64,000 nt of DNA from Petrotoga sp. UBA5851 (GCA_002431635.1 DJGH01000008.1:28069-92068), one strand, 5' to 3'. Counted from the first letter of the stretch, positions 34,034-45,149 are shown. Notes: a model not told the origin generated them from the letters alone. Numbers and translations are program-made.

Positions 34034-36787
34034 TTAAGAGTTCATGGTTTTAAGAGTATGGGCACATCTTGGACATGTATCTGGGAACTGAGGATCTTCG
34101 CCTGTATGTTCATCAATTTTCCAGCACCTTTCACATTTTTTGCCGCTGGCTTTCTCTACTCTGACCCTGCAAAGACTTCCTTCATATCCGTTTTCAACAG
34201 TACCTGTTTCAAACCCTGAAGCAATTATGACATCAGACATAAATTCATTTCCTAAAGAATCAAGTATAGCACAATCTGAAGGTTCTTTAGGCTGCACCGT
34301 AACCTTGCTTTCTAAAGAGTGGCCTATGAACTTATCACGCCTCTTTTCCTCAAGTGCTTTGAGTATGTCCTCTCTTATGAGAAGAACTCTGTTCCACTTT
34401 TCTTCCAATGCTTTATCAATATAGTTTTCATTGAATTCGGGCCAACTTTCAGCCTGTACAGTAGCCTTTTTTTCAAAGTTTTCTGAGAGATGGTCGTATA
34501 TTTCTTCTGTTGTAAAGGTAATTATTGGAGCCATCATTTTGGTCATGGCCATGAGGATCTCATACATTACGCTCTGAGCCGAACACCTCATTTGAGACTT
34601 TTTGCTGAGAGTATAAAGTCTGTCTTTTATGATATCAAGATAGATGGAACTCATAGAAACAGTACAGAAGTTGTTAAGCATCTGGTGTACCCTGTAGAAT
34701 TCATAGCTCTCATACGCCTGGGTTACATCACGTATAAGCTCATGAAGCTTCATCATAGCCCAGCGGTCAAGTTCAGGCATTTCTTCATACTTGACAAGAT
34801 CTTTTTTTGGATCAAAGTCGCTTATATTGCCGAGCAAAAACCGTACGGTGTTTCGGAACTTTCTGTAAACATCAACCTGCTGGTCAAGTATCTTGTAAGA
34901 TATGCTTATATCTCCGCGATAATCGGAAGATGCAACCCAAAGTCTAAGCACATCAGCTCCGTAACGGTCGATAATCTCCTGTGGTGCTATAACGTTGCCG
35001 ATAGATTTGGACATTTTTTTGCCTTCCTCATCCTTGATGAATCCGTGGGTGAGAACCTTTCTGTAAGGAGCTTTTCCGTGCTTCCCAACCGACATAAATA
35101 TCGAACTCTGAAACCAGCCTCTGTGCTGGTCGCTTCCTTCAAGATAAAGATCTGCTGGAAATTTTTTAAGTTCTTCTCTGGCATGGATAACGGCCTGGAA
35201 AGAAGCTCCGGAATCTATCCATACATCAAGTATATCGTACTGCTTTCTCAGATGATCCGATCCGCATTTGGGACATTTGAACCCATCCGGAAGAAGTTCC
35301 TTAAGATCCATATCGTACCATGCGTTCGTACCTTTAGCTTTTACGATTGAAATAAACTTTTCAAGAACCTGTGGATCAAGAAGTACCTCTGTACAGTTTT
35401 CGCAATAAAGGGCGGGTATAGGTATTCCCCATGCACGCTGTCTTGATATACACCAGTCCGGCCTGTCATGAATCATGGAGGTGATTCTGGTTTCTCCCCA
35501 TTCAGGTATCCACTGGACATTTTTTATTTCATTCAAAACTTTCTGGCGCAAACTGTTATTTTCAACGCTTATAAACCACTGCTCTGTAGCTCTGAATATT
35601 ATCGGGCTTTTGCATCTCCAGCAATGCGGATAGGAATGAGTTATCTTCTGGCTTGCTATAAGGTGGTTGCTGGCTTTTAGGTCATTTATTATTACTTCAT
35701 TAGCCTTCCATATCTTAAGACCCTCATACTTTCCGGCTTCTTTGGTAAATATACCCTCGTGATTCACAGGGGAAAGAACCGGTAGATTGTACTTCAGACC
35801 GGTAGTATAGTCGTCCGCTCCGTGTCCGGGAGCCGTGTGTACACAGCCTGAGCCGTCCTCCAGAGTCACATAGTCCGCTAAAACAATGAGAGACTGCCTT
35901 TCAATAAAAGGATGTTTTGCCGATTTGTTTTCAAGTGAAGAACCCTTAAATACTTCTGTTATTTCGTAAGAATCAATTTTAGCATCTTTCATAACCTTAG
36001 GAACTAACTGTTTGGCAAGTATCCAGTATTCGTTTCCTACCTTTACCTTGCAGTAGTCGTACTCCGGATGAACAGCGATAGCAACATTGGCCGGAAGAGT
36101 CCATGGTGTAGTTGTCCATATTACTATATAGGTATTTACATCAAACTCAAACTTCACATATATAGATGAGGAAGAATGATCATGATACTCTACTTCCGCT
36201 TCTGCAAGTGCAGTCTGACATTCAGCACACCAATAGATAGGTTTTTTCTTTCTGTAAACGTTTCCCTGCTTTACAAAAGAGTTGAATACATCAAGCACTT
36301 GTGATTCGTATACAGGATCAAGAGTTACATATGCCTCATCCCAATTTCCGCGTACGCCTAAGCGCTTAAACTCTTCTTTTTGTATCTGAACGTGTTTTAG
36401 TGCGTACTCCCTGCAAAGATCCCTTATCTGGTTCTTGCTGAGCTGCTTGGCCTTTTCTCCGAGTTCTGTAGTTACTTTATGCTCTATAGGCAGACCGTGG
36501 GTATCCCATCCTGGTACATACGGGGAGTTATACCCTCTCAGGGTTTTATATTTTATGACTATATCTTTAAGAACTTTATTCAGGGCGTGCCCCATATGTA
36601 TATGCCCGTTTGCATAAGGAGGCCCATCATGGAGCAAAAACATCTCCGAGTCTTTTCTGGTCTGCTGAACATACTTATAAATATCTAAACCTTCCCATTT
36701 TTTAAGAATTTCTGGTTCCTTTTCCTTAAGGTTGGCTTTCATGGAAAAAGTAGTACTGGGAAGGTTCAATGTATCTTTGTAATCCAA
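34034..36787 (-). CDS. ileS: isoleucine--tRNA ligase
   Basis: Class I motifs are present: HIGH variant ([12 protein letters not shown]), KMSKS, and a C-terminal CxxC...CxxC zinc finger. A TTG start at 36787, 8 nt after GGAGG, gives [10 protein letters not shown], the typical IleRS N-terminus. The track ORF opens 9 nt earlier at a GTG abutting the SD. Confidence 0.95.
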   Translation of the reverse strand: MDYKDTLNLPSTTFSMKANLKEKEPEILKKWEGLDIYKYVQQTRKDSEMFLLHDGPPYANGHIHMGHALNKVLKDIVIKYKTLRGYNSPYVPGWDTHGLPIEHKVTTELGEKAKQLSKNQIRDLCREYALKHVQIQKEEFKRLGVRGNWDEAYVTLDPVYESQVLDVFNSFVKQGNVYRKKKPIYWCAECQTALAEAEVEYHDHSSSSIYVKFEFDVNTYIVIWTTTPWTLPANVAIAVHPEYDYCKVKVGNEYWILAKQLVPKVMKDAKIDSYEITEVFKGSSLENKSAKHPFIERQSLIVLADYVTLEDGSGCVHTAPGHGADDYTTGLKYNLPVLSPVNHEGIFTKEAGKYEGLKIWKANEVIINDLKASNHLIASQKITHSYPHCWRCKSPIIFRATEQWFISVENNSLRQKVLNEIKNVQWIPEWGETRITSMIHDRPDWCISRQRAWGIPIPALYCENCTEVLLDPQVLEKFISIVKAKGTNAWYDMDLKELLPDGFKCPKCGSDHLRKQYDILDVWIDSGASFQAVIHAREELKKFPADLYLEGSDQHRGWFQSSIFMSVGKHGKAPYRKVLTHGFIKDEEGKKMSKSIGNVIAPQEIIDRYGADVLRLWVASSDYRGDISISYKILDQQVDVYRKFRNTVRFLLGNISDFDPKKDLVKYEEMPELDRWAMMKLHELIRDVTQAYESYEFYRVHQMLNNFCTVSMSSIYLDIIKDRLYTLSKKSQMRCSAQSVMYEILMAMTKMMAPIITFTTEEIYDHLSENFEKKATVQAESWPEFNENYIDKALEEKWNRVLLIREDILKALEEKRRDKFIGHSLESKVTVQPKEPSDCAILDSLGNEFMSDVIIASGFETGTVENGYEGSLCRVRVEKASGKKCERCWKIDEHTGEDPQFPDTCPRCAHTLKTMNS

Positions 36788-36808
36788 AACAAACACCTCC
36801 AGGTAGTA

Positions 36809-37165
36809 TTAAAGCTTTAACAGATTTTGTATGGTATCTTTCAGTTCGGTGAGATCCATCGATTTGACCACATAAGCGTCGGCTGCCCATGAAGCCATTT
36901 CGCTCTTATAATGTGAGTAGGCTGTAAGAAAAATGATCTTCATCTCCGGATATTTTTTGCGTATATCGCCGGCCAGTTCAAGTCCGTTTATATCCGGCAT
37001 TTCTATATCGGTGCACACAAGATCGAAGTTTCTGTCCGCAGAAAGTATCTGCAAGGCTTTTTTTGCGCTGTTGGCGTCAACAATTTCATAACCGCCGTCA
37101 AGCAGTTCTTCTTTTATAAGGAGCCTTATGTTATCCTCATCGTCAACAATCAGTATTCTAGCCAT
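36809..37165 (-). CDS. single-domain response regulator (CheY-like)
   Basis: 118 aa with IVDDED, the phospho-acceptor in CTDIEMPDING, and LTAY. There is no output domain. Confidence 0.85.
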   Translation of the reverse strand: MARILIVDDEDNIRLLIKEELLDGGYEIVDANSAKKALQILSADRNFDLVCTDIEMPDINGLELAGDIRKKYPEMKIIFLTAYSHYKSEMASWAADAYVVKSMDLTELKDTIQNLLKL

Positions 37166-37197
37166 TTAGACCGCCTCCTTAAGCATTATGATTATTT

Positions 37198-39969
37198 TCA
37201 GCATGAATGCAATTCAATCCTGAATACAGTACTGAAATCATCAGATTTTAACAAAAAGAGTTTTCCTTTATGTTCCTCTTCTATTATTTTTTTACATATA
37301 GCCAGTCCTAAACCTGTTCCGTTGGTTTTGGTAGTGAAAAACGGCAGAAAAAGCTTTTCTTTTATTTCCGGCGTTATAGCTGTTCCGTTATTTTCAACCT
37401 CTATAACAATGGTTGAATCATCAGCGAAAGAGTGTACTTTTATGCTTCCTTTTTGCGGAACAACTTCAATGGCATTTTTTACAAGATTTATAAGAACCTG
37501 CTTCAAACGGCTTTTGTCTCCGTTAGTGAACAATTCTGGTTCATTTTTATGTACCTGTATATTTATCTCCTTTTGGGAGATAAAATCCTCGAACATCATT
37601 ACAACATCGTCCAAGATAGTACCTATGCTTACTTTTTCAAAAGTTGGCAGTCTTTCACCTCTTGAGTACTCTAAAATTTCTGAAACTATATCCTCAAGCC
37701 GTGTAAGTTCGGACTGAATTATGCCGGAGTACTTCCTTATGCTCTGCGGATCATCAAGCTTTTTAAGCATACGGTTAAGAAAGCCTCCTATGACGGTAAG
37801 CGGGTTTCTTATCTCATGTGCAATTCTTGCTGTCATTTCACCTATGGCGGAAAGCTTTTCCCTTTTTTCAATCTCCTTCTGAAGTTTGTAAACCTCCGTT
37901 ATATCGCCAAAAACGATTATTACTCCTTCGATTACTCCTAGATCCCTGTTCCACAGAGGTGAAAATTCTATATCGAATATTTTTTCTTCTTCATGAACAT
38001 TAAGTTTGTAGTTTGGAAACCTCAGATCCGTCTTAGTGTCATAGATCTGTTCTATGGTGTTTAGTATATCGTCATTGAAGGTTCCTGACAACAGCTTTAT
38101 AGAAGTTCCGATAATACTCTCTCTGGCCTTGGAAAAAAATACCTCCGCTTTCTGATTCCATTCGAGTATCTTTCCTGTTCTGTCAACCACGACTATCCCG
38201 ACAGAAAGATTCTGAAGAATATTATCCTTAAACCTTCGGTAATAATCTATAAGGTTTTTCTGTTCCTCAAGCGATTTGGTCTTTTCTTTAAGCTCATCGT
38301 AGTTTTCTATCATTTCCAGACCAAGGCCTATGCTGTCCTGATAAAGCTTTATGATTTCAATATCCACATTTGTGATGGGAGTGCCTGTGAACTTATTGTC
38401 GATAATAACAATTCCTCTTGTATCAAATCTTCCAGTTACGGGGAATATCAGGAACTCCTGTGTCCGGATAAGTTCGTATATATCTTCAAGCTCATCATGT
38501 TTTATTTTTAACATCTGGGGAACCACATGTATTACCTGTTTTTTGCTTACAACTCTGTCAAGGATGGGATGTCCCTTATATACCAGAACCATATTTTTAA
38601 CGTTTTCAGTCAGCTTATTTGTAAAAGGAAGCGATAAAGCTTCTTCTCGCAGGTACTGTATCATATCCCCGTACTTTAAGGCCCTTCTGTTTGCTTCCTT
38701 CCAGATCTTATCGACATCTTCGTCTTCATCCGGACCGATCCAAAGTTTGGGTATCAGAAACCCCCTTACACGGTCGCGTTCAAGATAGAGCGCCCTGTTG
38801 AAACGTAGTCCTCTTCCTGAAGTCAGACCAAGCAGCATAATTTTTATAGAGTTGTTCTTATCGTATGTTGAACGTATAGCCTGACTTATTTTATGAAGTG
38901 AGTTCATCTTGTCAAGCTGCTCTTTCTGAACCCTTATTGACTCCTCATGCCTTTGCTTAAGCTCCTTAAGATTCTGAATTTCATTTTTCAGTCTGTTATA
39001 GATATTTATTCTGCTCAGGCCCAGACCCATTCGTTTGACTGTACTGTTAAGAAATATCTGGTCGATGCTGTCAAAGTACTTATATGGAAGAAAATGTTCC
39101 CTTTCTTTTTTATTATATATGGCAACTATCCCGAAGGTAACGTTATCTACGGAAAGTCTTGAATAAACTGCTGACTTCATATGGATATCAAAAGGGTTTT
39201 CGTATTTTTCAAAGTTGGTATTACCTATTAAAAGCAGACTTTCTTCTCCATTCAAGAGGCTACCTTCAACAGAACTGCCGATAGGAAGAATATTTTTTTT
39301 CACTTCAGATGGTTCTAATCCAGAAATATTGTAAAGTACAAGTTTTTCATCCTCATACTTCCAGTAGGCAGCTACTTCTGCAAAAAGAGTATCCTTTAGA
39401 AGACAAAGAATATTATTTATAAGAGTTTCATCTGACTGAGAGTTATCAAAAATATCTGATAATTTCTCAAAAATTCCTAATTTTTCTCTGAAGGCATTTA
39501 CCGAGGAAGTATCCACAACTAATTTCAGTACGACAAGATAACTTCTCAGAGCCTCCCGGAGATTTTCAGCCTGAATGTACTGCTTACTCAAAACAACCGC
39601 TCCCATGAATGACTCTCCTGAAAAAATAGGATAAAAGAATACAGTTTTTTCCTCTTTCAGGGTGTAGATTGAAAAAAACTCATTAAAGCCCAGTTCCACT
39701 ATATTGTTTTTTTTCAGTTCCTCAAAGAGGGAAGGAAAATCATTATAGTATACTTTCAGGTCATCATCCCTGGGATCCATGTCCATAGATGAGCCTAAAA
39801 GCTTAAGAATATTACGTTCATTTTCAAATATAAAAATAAAAGAATCTATCCCAAACTTTTCCCTAAGTGAAAGGGCGATTTCTTTTGTAATGCTTGTGAA
39901 AAAGTCTTTAGGATACTGATGTTCAATAATTTTCAGAATTGAGTCTATCATCGCAATCAGTCCCTTCAT
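37198..39969 (-). CDS. cytoplasmic GAF/PAS sensor histidine kinase
   Basis: 923 aa with no obvious TM. H-box AHEIRNPLTVI, N-box NLVKNAIE and G2 GTGLGLAICK are present. The start may instead be the ATG at 39951. Confidence 0.85.
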   Translation of the reverse strand: MKGLIAMIDSILKIIEHQYPKDFFTSITKEIALSLREKFGIDSFIFIFENERNILKLLGSSMDMDPRDDDLKVYYNDFPSLFEELKKNNIVELGFNEFFSIYTLKEEKTVFFYPIFSGESFMGAVVLSKQYIQAENLREALRSYLVVLKLVVDTSSVNAFREKLGIFEKLSDIFDNSQSDETLINNILCLLKDTLFAEVAAYWKYEDEKLVLYNISGLEPSEVKKNILPIGSSVEGSLLNGEESLLLIGNTNFEKYENPFDIHMKSAVYSRLSVDNVTFGIVAIYNKKEREHFLPYKYFDSIDQIFLNSTVKRMGLGLSRINIYNRLKNEIQNLKELKQRHEESIRVQKEQLDKMNSLHKISQAIRSTYDKNNSIKIMLLGLTSGRGLRFNRALYLERDRVRGFLIPKLWIGPDEDEDVDKIWKEANRRALKYGDMIQYLREEALSLPFTNKLTENVKNMVLVYKGHPILDRVVSKKQVIHVVPQMLKIKHDELEDIYELIRTQEFLIFPVTGRFDTRGIVIIDNKFTGTPITNVDIEIIKLYQDSIGLGLEMIENYDELKEKTKSLEEQKNLIDYYRRFKDNILQNLSVGIVVVDRTGKILEWNQKAEVFFSKARESIIGTSIKLLSGTFNDDILNTIEQIYDTKTDLRFPNYKLNVHEEEKIFDIEFSPLWNRDLGVIEGVIIVFGDITEVYKLQKEIEKREKLSAIGEMTARIAHEIRNPLTVIGGFLNRMLKKLDDPQSIRKYSGIIQSELTRLEDIVSEILEYSRGERLPTFEKVSIGTILDDVVMMFEDFISQKEINIQVHKNEPELFTNGDKSRLKQVLINLVKNAIEVVPQKGSIKVHSFADDSTIVIEVENNGTAITPEIKEKLFLPFFTTKTNGTGLGLAICKKIIEEEHKGKLFLLKSDDFSTVFRIELHSC

Positions 39970-40091
39970 TGCAAAAATAAGTTAATTATATTATACTATA
40001 TTTAGCATTATAAATGTACAATAATTATTTTTATAAATATCATGTTAGGTTGTATGAAAGTGAAAAGAATCTTAAAATTACCGGAGGAGAA

Positions 40092-40778
40092 ATGTTTAAT
40101 TTATCTGTGATAGTCAATGCGGTTGCGATTATAGCCGGCGGAATCATAGGAATGCTTATAGGCAAAAAGCTATCTGAAAAAATTCAAAAGATGCTGTTTA
40201 CAAGTGTAGCGCTCACCACAATAATAATGGGAGTACAGATGGGACTTAAAGCCGAAAATTTTCTCATTGTGCTGGGAGCTCTTTCGATAGGCGGTGTTGC
40301 CGGGGAAGTCATTGATATTGAGGGACGGCTTGCCAGACTTGCCGGCAGAATAGAAAAATCTGACGGTCAGACCAAGTTTGTAAAAGGTTTCGTAAGTTCA
40401 ACGGTTCTTTTCGTGGTTGGTCCTATGACTGTTCTTGGCTGTATAAACGCAGGCATAACAAATGACAACTCTATTATATACCTCAAATCTCTTCTGGACG
40501 GAATATCATCAGTTATATTTGGTTCAGTATACGGTTTTGGGGTAATAGCATCTGCAGTGAGCGTTATGATTATCCAGGGGCTTTTGGTGAGCTTTGCCGG
40601 TGCTTTAAGCTTTCTTTCCGCTGATGCTTATCTGCTGAACTTTACCGCTGTGGGCGGGGTTATGGTTCTGGCAATAGGAATAAGACTTCTGGATATAAAA
40701 GAAATAAAGGTAGGAAACTTCCTGCCTTCATTAGGTGCAGTAATACTGCTCGACTATATAAAAACGCTTATAGCTTGA
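40092..40778 (+). CDS. DUF554 (YqgA-like) membrane protein
   Basis: GGAGGAG SD and ATG at 40092. MFNLSVIVNAVAIIAGGIIGMLIGKKL... resembles the YqgA/YdfK family. Confidence 0.65.
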   Translation: MFNLSVIVNAVAIIAGGIIGMLIGKKLSEKIQKMLFTSVALTTIIMGVQMGLKAENFLIVLGALSIGGVAGEVIDIEGRLARLAGRIEKSDGQTKFVKGFVSSTVLFVVGPMTVLGCINAGITNDNSIIYLKSLLDGISSVIFGSVYGFGVIASAVSVMIIQGLLVSFAGALSFLSADAYLLNFTAVGGVMVLAIGIRLLDIKEIKVGNFLPSLGAVILLDYIKTLIA

Positions 40779-40792
40779 AAAAAAGGAAAAAC

Positions 40793-41065
40793 TCACTTAT
40801 AAGCTATACTAGCAATTATGGTTACAATATTTCCGTCTTTTGAAATGTGTACCTTGACATCCTTTTCATTAACGCTGAGATTTCTGCAGGCGTAATCCTT
40901 TATGTATGTGACTATCGACTCGATTTCTTCTTCAGATTTATTTTCGAACTTTATAGCTGTGGCACATGCTTCACGTCTGTTGGTAACAAGGTCATTCATC
41001 CTCTTGACGGCTATATCTCTGTTTGAATCTTTTTTTGCGGGAGACCACCATGACACGGGAATCAC
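40793..41065 (-). CDS. minE: cell division topological specificity factor MinE (divergent)
   Basis: 90 aa, overlapping minD by 4 nt. It has the N-terminal basic segment and the C-terminal beta-hairpin-like VKVHISKDGNIVTIIASI that are typical of MinE. Confidence 0.55.
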   Translation of the reverse strand: MIPVSWWSPAKKDSNRDIAVKRMNDLVTNRREACATAIKFENKSEEEIESIVTYIKDYACRNLSVNEKDVKVHISKDGNIVTIIASIAYK

Positions 41066-41877
41066 CTTCTCCCCAGTAGCTTTTTGATGAACCCCAGGAA
41101 TCCGTCTTCTGAGGAGCCTGAGATATCTTCGCTAATAGGTATAGGATTTCCTAAAATTCTCTGTGCAATGTTTTTAAAAGGAACGGAAAGCCTGTTCTTT
41201 TCATCTAGAACCAAAGGATTGCCTTCATTGGTAGATACTATTATTTCCTCACTGTCAGGTACTACCCCCAGCAGTTCTACGGCGAGGGCATTTTTAATCT
41301 CATCCGGTGAAACCATCTTATCTCTCTGAACCATTCGTGGTTTAAGCCTGTTTACAATAAGTGAAACTCTCTGTTCTGAAAACCCCTGATTTTCTAGCAT
41401 GCCTATTACCCTGTCCGCATCGCTGATAGCAGTAAGTTCCGGAGTGGTAACTATTATGGCCTGCTGGGCAGGAGCGATAGAGTTTTTGAAGCCTCTTTCA
41501 ATACCCGCTGGGCAGTCAATTATTATGTAGTGGTAATGTTTTGAAAGCTCATTTACAAGATTTATCATATCCTGCTCTGATACCATATCTTTATTGGCAA
41601 TCTGTGAAGAAGCCAGAAGGTTCAGGTTTTTGAGGAGCTTGTGCTTTACAACGGCTTCAAGAGGATCTTTGTTTCCGCGAACAACATCTATTATGGTATA
41701 AACGACCCTGTTTTCAAGTCCAAGGACAAGATCAAGGTTTTTCAGGCCGATATCAGCGTCTATAAGACAGACATTATAACCAAGAAGGGCAAGACATGCT
41801 CCTACGTTGGCTGTTACAGTAGTCTTCCCGACGCCCCCTTTTCCTGATGTAACCACAAATACCTTTGAGTCATCCAT
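41062..41877 (-). CDS. minD: septum site-determining ATPase MinD
   Basis: Deviant Walker A SGKGGVGKTT and IDADIGLKNLDLVLG are present. The C-terminal amphipathic tail is GFLGFIKKLLGRR. The ATG at 41877 is preferred over the upstream TTG. Confidence 0.85.
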   Translation of the reverse strand: MDDSKVFVVTSGKGGVGKTTVTANVGACLALLGYNVCLIDADIGLKNLDLVLGLENRVVYTIIDVVRGNKDPLEAVVKHKLLKNLNLLASSQIANKDMVSEQDMINLVNELSKHYHYIIIDCPAGIERGFKNSIAPAQQAIIVTTPELTAISDADRVIGMLENQGFSEQRVSLIVNRLKPRMVQRDKMVSPDEIKNALAVELLGVVPDSEEIIVSTNEGNPLVLDEKNRLSVPFKNIAQRILGNPIPISEDISGSSEDGFLGFIKKLLGRR

Positions 41878-41935
41878 CTCTTCCGCCCCCAATTTCAATT
41901 ATTATCAAGTCAGGTTTCCTAGTACGTACAAAGTA

Positions 41936-41964
41936 ATTATACCTTAAGACTTCTTTTTTTACAA
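41936..41964 (-). promoter_or_regulatory. sigma-70-type promoter for minDE
   Basis: The minus strand has TTGTAA, a 17 nt spacer and TATAAT. Confidence 0.4.
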
Positions 41965-42001
41965 ATACAAAAGGTTAATCCGGTTGTTTTTATTTTAAGT
42001 A

Positions 42002-42037
42002 TAAAAAAGTTAGCCGGACGTTTACCGCCCGGCTAAC
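42002..42037 (-). terminator. intrinsic terminator after ferredoxin
   Basis: A 9 bp stem GTTAGCCGG/CCGGCTAAC, followed on the minus strand by TTTTTTAT. Confidence 0.7.
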
Positions 42038-42047
42038 AGTTAAAGAA

Positions 42048-42278
<231 letters not shown>

Positions 42279-42307
42279 TTATACCACACTATATATAAAA
42301 TTCAAAA

Positions 42308-43237
42308 TCAGAAATTTTTAACCTCTTTTACAATACGGTCTACAATGTCCATGCCTACTCTCCACTGGGCTTCAACAGTAGCAGCGCCAATATGGGGAGT
42401 AAGTATCACATTAGGCATTTTAAAGAGTTTTTGATAGACTTCTGATTTGGGAGGTTCTTCCTCGTATACATCAAGTCCTGCACCAAAGACTTTTCCGCTT
42501 TCTAGAGCTCTTAAAAGGGCAGGTTCATCTATTATGCCGCCTCTTGATGCATTGACAATTATCACGCCTTTCTTCATCATTTCGAACTCTTTATCAGAAA
42601 CCATATGGGTCGTCTTTTCTGTTTTCGGGACATGGAAAGATATGATATCGCAGTTTGAATAGATTTCTTCAAGTGATACCTGTTTGGCATTGTACTCCTT
42701 TAAAGTTTCCTGGGATATCTCGAAAACATCGTATACCATTACTTTGAGATTAAAGCCAGAAAGTATCTTTGAAAGAAGCTTGCCAATATTTCCAAAACCT
42801 ACTATACCAAGCGTCTTTCCTGAGAGTTCAAAACCCTCAAGGCTTTTTTTCTCCCACTTTCCTTCTATCATGCCAGTGGTAGATCTTACAAGGAACCTGT
42901 CTATGGAAAGTATCATACCTGCTACCAATTCTGCAACAGAAAGAGAGTTGGCGCCAGGGGTATTTATTACTTTTATATTTCTTGCCTTAGCGGCATTCTG
43001 GTCAACATTGTCAAGACCCATACCTGCTCTTGCAATAAGCTTAAGATTGGTTCCGGCATCAATTATTTCTTTTGTGGCCTTGGTAGCACTTCTTATTACA
43101 AGCACATCAATTTCTGGCATCTTGGCTATGAGGTCTGCCGTCTCAAGGTGCTGAGAAACTATATTATGTCCCGGAAGAAGCTTTGAAAGTGTCTGGGTAG
43201 CCTGTTTGTCCAAAGGATCATTTATATGTATAAGCAT
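42308..43237 (-). CDS. D-isomer-specific 2-hydroxyacid dehydrogenase (short phosphoglycerate dehydrogenase-like)
   Basis: NAD-binding motif GIVGFGNIGK, with SRGGIIDE and TPHIGAAT blocks. No ACT domain is present. Confidence 0.75.
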   Translation of the reverse strand: MLIHINDPLDKQATQTLSKLLPGHNIVSQHLETADLIAKMPEIDVLVIRSATKATKEIIDAGTNLKLIARAGMGLDNVDQNAAKARNIKVINTPGANSLSVAELVAGMILSIDRFLVRSTTGMIEGKWEKKSLEGFELSGKTLGIVGFGNIGKLLSKILSGFNLKVMVYDVFEISQETLKEYNAKQVSLEEIYSNCDIISFHVPKTEKTTHMVSDKEFEMMKKGVIIVNASRGGIIDEPALLRALESGKVFGAGLDVYEEEPPKSEVYQKLFKMPNVILTPHIGAATVEAQWRVGMDIVDRIVKEVKNF

Positions 43238-43238
43238 G

Positions 43239-44387
43239 CTATATCCCTGCCTTCATAAAGACTTCCTGAGCTGCTCTTACTCCTTTTCCGAGTTCAACAT
43301 TGTATCCAAACTTTGCCAGACCCATCTCAAGGGCGGCAATTGCAGTTATTATATCAAACTGTGACATATATCCCAGATGAGCTATTCTTGCTATTTTTCC
43401 CTTTACGTCGTCCTGACCGTCGGCAAAAACTACTCCCCAATCGTCTCTAAGCATCTTTATAATCTTGGAGGAAGATATGTTTTCCGGCATACATACTGAA
43501 GTGAGCACGTTGCCTGGATCCTTGGCGTAAAGCTTAAGTCCGAGTGCCTGAACGGCGGCTCTTGTTGCCTGGGCAAGAAGTTCGTGGCGTGCCCAGATAT
43601 TTTCTATACCCTCTTTTAAAAGCATGTCTACTGCCTTTTCAAGCTGGTAAATAAGATTTATCGGAGGAGTCCATGGTGAATCCGGATAGTTCTTTTTGTA
43701 CTGTCTCAGATCGAAGTAGAATCGCGGGGTTTTACAGTTTTCAACGGCTTTCCATGCCCTTTCGTTAAGCGAGATAAGAGCAACGCCCGGAGGCATCATA
43801 AAACCTTTCTGAACACCGGTAATAACTACATCTACTCCCCATTCGTCCATTTTAAGTTCCATCGCAAGAAGACCGGATATTGCATCGACAACTATCAGAG
43901 TATCGGTATTTCTTGTTATAGCGGCTAACTCCTTGACAGGCTGCCTACCGCCGGTTGAAGTTTCATTAAGCTGTGTGAATACAATTTTTGTATCCGGATG
44001 CTCTTTAAGCAAAGCGCTTAATCTTTCCGGCTGTATTGCTACTCCCCAATCAAGCTTTTCTTCAACAATATTAGCACCGAAAGTTTTGCACAGCTTGAGC
44101 CATCTTTCGCCAAACTTACCGGAATTAATAACAATTACCTTGTCGCCGGGATTTACAAGATTGGAAACTGCAGTTTCCATTGCTCCTGTCCCTGAAGAAG
44201 ACATAAGCATTACATCGTTGCTGGTCTGAAACAAATTTTTTGCCCCTTCGAGAGCCTTTTTCTGTATTTCAAGATACTGGGGTGTTCTATGGTGAATCGT
44301 ATCCTGAGCACCAGCCAAAAGAATATCTATCGGTACCGGAGCCGGTCCTGGAGTCATCAAATAGTTTTTCCTAACCATCTTAATCAC
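43239..44387 (-). CDS. class V aminotransferase (serine-pyruvate / phosphoserine aminotransferase-like)
   Basis: LMTPGPAPVP at the N-terminus and the PLP-lysine context TGVQKGFMMPPG. A GTG start lies 7 nt after AGGAGGG. Confidence 0.8.
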   Translation of the reverse strand: MIKMVRKNYLMTPGPAPVPIDILLAGAQDTIHHRTPQYLEIQKKALEGAKNLFQTSNDVMLMSSSGTGAMETAVSNLVNPGDKVIVINSGKFGERWLKLCKTFGANIVEEKLDWGVAIQPERLSALLKEHPDTKIVFTQLNETSTGGRQPVKELAAITRNTDTLIVVDAISGLLAMELKMDEWGVDVVITGVQKGFMMPPGVALISLNERAWKAVENCKTPRFYFDLRQYKKNYPDSPWTPPINLIYQLEKAVDMLLKEGIENIWARHELLAQATRAAVQALGLKLYAKDPGNVLTSVCMPENISSSKIIKMLRDDWGVVFADGQDDVKGKIARIAHLGYMSQFDIITAIAALEMGLAKFGYNVELGKGVRAAQEVFMKAGI

Positions 44388-44628
44388 GATAAATCCCTCC
44401 TATGAAAAAATATTCAAGAAAAAAATTTCATATTCTCACATTCTATTTTACATTATTAAGGGCATAAAATAAAGTCGGGAATTTAAAGAAAAAAATATAA
44501 AACTTCTGATAACTATTAAATAGTCCGGTTAATTAAGAATAAATGATTAAAATAGAAGAAAAATCAGTACTCAGTACGGGAAAAACAAGTTTGTTTCACA
44601 AATCAAAAATACTCAAGAACCATTAACA

Positions 44629-44665
44629 TAAAACAATATGCCCTTTCTGTTTATAGAAAGGACAT
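44629..44665 (-). terminator. intrinsic terminator after tRNA-Trp
   Basis: The minus strand reads ATGTCCTTTCT (loop) AGAAAGGGCAT, followed by ATTGTTTTAT. Confidence 0.5.
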
Positions 44666-44666
44666 A

Positions 44667-44742
44667 TGGCACGCCCGGAGGGGCTTGAACCCCCAGCCTG
44701 TGATTTTGGAGACCACCGCTCTACCAATTGAGCTACAGGCGT
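44667..44742 (-). tRNA. trnW: tRNA-Trp (anticodon CCA)
   Basis: A 76 nt cloverleaf folded by hand. The acceptor is ACGCCTG/CGGGCGT, the D arm is GCTC/GAGC, and the anticodon stem GTGGT/ATCAC carries loop CTCCAAA. The T arm is GGGGG TTCAAGC CCCTC, and the 3' CCA is encoded. Confidence 0.9.
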
Positions 44743-44792
44743 ATTCAAAGACAGAAATTATTATATCATATAAAGCTCAAAAGTGCAAGTAC

Positions 44793-45149
44793 TTATTTGC
44801 TCTTTTTTAGCACAGACACTTCGTATATCATAACTAAAAAGCATAAAATTCCGAAAAAAACTGTCCAAAGATCTGCCGATGGTAAAACTGACGGGTCAAC
44901 AACCGTTGAAAGAAAGGAGGAAAGGTATTTAAAAAGCTCATAAGCTCCGATTAAGAAACCAATCATACTGCTTATTATGATATGCGCAGATTTATGATAC
45001 CATATCGGATCATAGGCAAAAAAACCGTACACGCTTGTAAGAAAAACGGTAAAAAAACCTATGGAAATAAAAATATCGTATGTGAACTTAAAAAAGGCAA
45101 GTATGATTGATGCCGTCATAATAAAAATAAGTACAAGATTTTTTTTCAC
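44793..45149 (-). CDS. small hypothetical membrane protein translationally coupled to feoB
   Basis: A GTG at 45149 overlaps the feoB TGA (GTGA), with AGGAGG 9 nt upstream. The product is about 118 aa with 3-4 TM segments. The longer track ORF would overlap feoB by 135 nt. Confidence 0.5.
   Translation of the reverse strand: MKKNLVLIFIMTASIILAFFKFTYDIFISIGFFTVFLTSVYGFFAYDPIWYHKSAHIIISSMIGFLIGAYELFKYLSSFLSTVVDPSVLPSADLWTVFFGILCFLVMIYEVSVLKKSK

Noticed and set aside
34490-35350. A 286 aa ORF on the plus strand, antisense to ileS.
   Set aside because: It lies entirely inside the strongly supported ileS CDS. It has no SD, and its composition is odd and low-complexity. It is a typical shadow ORF of a long gene.
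41899-42047. Absence of minC upstream of minD, considered as a possible unusual Min system.
   Set aside because: minC may simply be encoded elsewhere, and the window gives no evidence either way.
44728-44943. A 71 aa plus-strand ORF.
   Set aside because: Its 5' end overlaps tRNA-Trp on the opposite strand, and the rest is antisense to the small membrane-protein gene. It has no SD.
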